This document shows, piece by piece, positions 49,326 to 49,568 of a stretch of DNA of 49,568 bases. The position numbers and the translations under genes are program-made. The notes below the pieces were generated by a model, which did no database searches, was not told where the DNA came from, and saw nothing but the letters and a program-made list of their open reading frames with translations. The DNA is from Emiliania huxleyi CCMP1516 (taxonomy: Eukaryota). Every line of letters begins with the position of its first letter. Positions within the stretch are counted from its first letter, which is position 1. The stretch covers positions 1 through 49,568 of the forward strand of contig NW_005201391.1 in assembly GCF_000372725.1 (NCBI RefSeq), given 5' to 3'.

Positions 49326-49568
49326 CGGAATCAGCTGCAACACGTCTTATCCCACTGCCACTGCGGGCGCCTGGCATGTGCGAGACCCCCTCCGATGCCG
49401 CTCAAGCCACCTCTCAGTTGCACTCCCACCTGGAACAAACGTTGAGCACGTGCCTTGCACGCCACGCACTGCCTGCTACGCTTACCTGCCGGACCACAAT
49501 CTATCAACCGACCTCCATTCCTTTCAACCCTTCGAGGTTCGGACCCCTACAATCCACCCTTCCAAATT

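Overview
GC-rich eukaryotic nuclear DNA with short repeat-filled introns, many GC (and some GA) splice donors and three 100-N gaps. This style points to a haptophyte such as Emiliania/Gephyrocapsa huxleyi (inference). Recognisable genes: an SGT1/HPAT-like glycosyltransferase, a membrane protein with a HET-like domain, an intronless F-box-like ORF, a Pro-rich/TM/ARM-repeat gene with an in-frame stop, a Myb+LRR-like gene, a parvulin fragment, rhodanese and sulfide:quinone oxidoreductase arranged head-to-head, a selenocysteine glutathione peroxidase (UGA plus SECIS), a POP-type organellar DNA polymerase with an inserted SAP domain, a pentameric ligand-gated channel fused to a periplasmic-binding-protein domain, and a cold-shock-domain protein. 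Intergenic DNA holds non-LTR retroelement remnants, TSD-flanked micro-insertions, a structured ~145-bp dispersed repeat and modules bounded by a (G/C)TAGTATG motif. The most striking pattern is that many introns carry a 15-33 nt copy of the adjacent exon. All alignments and splice models were made by eye.
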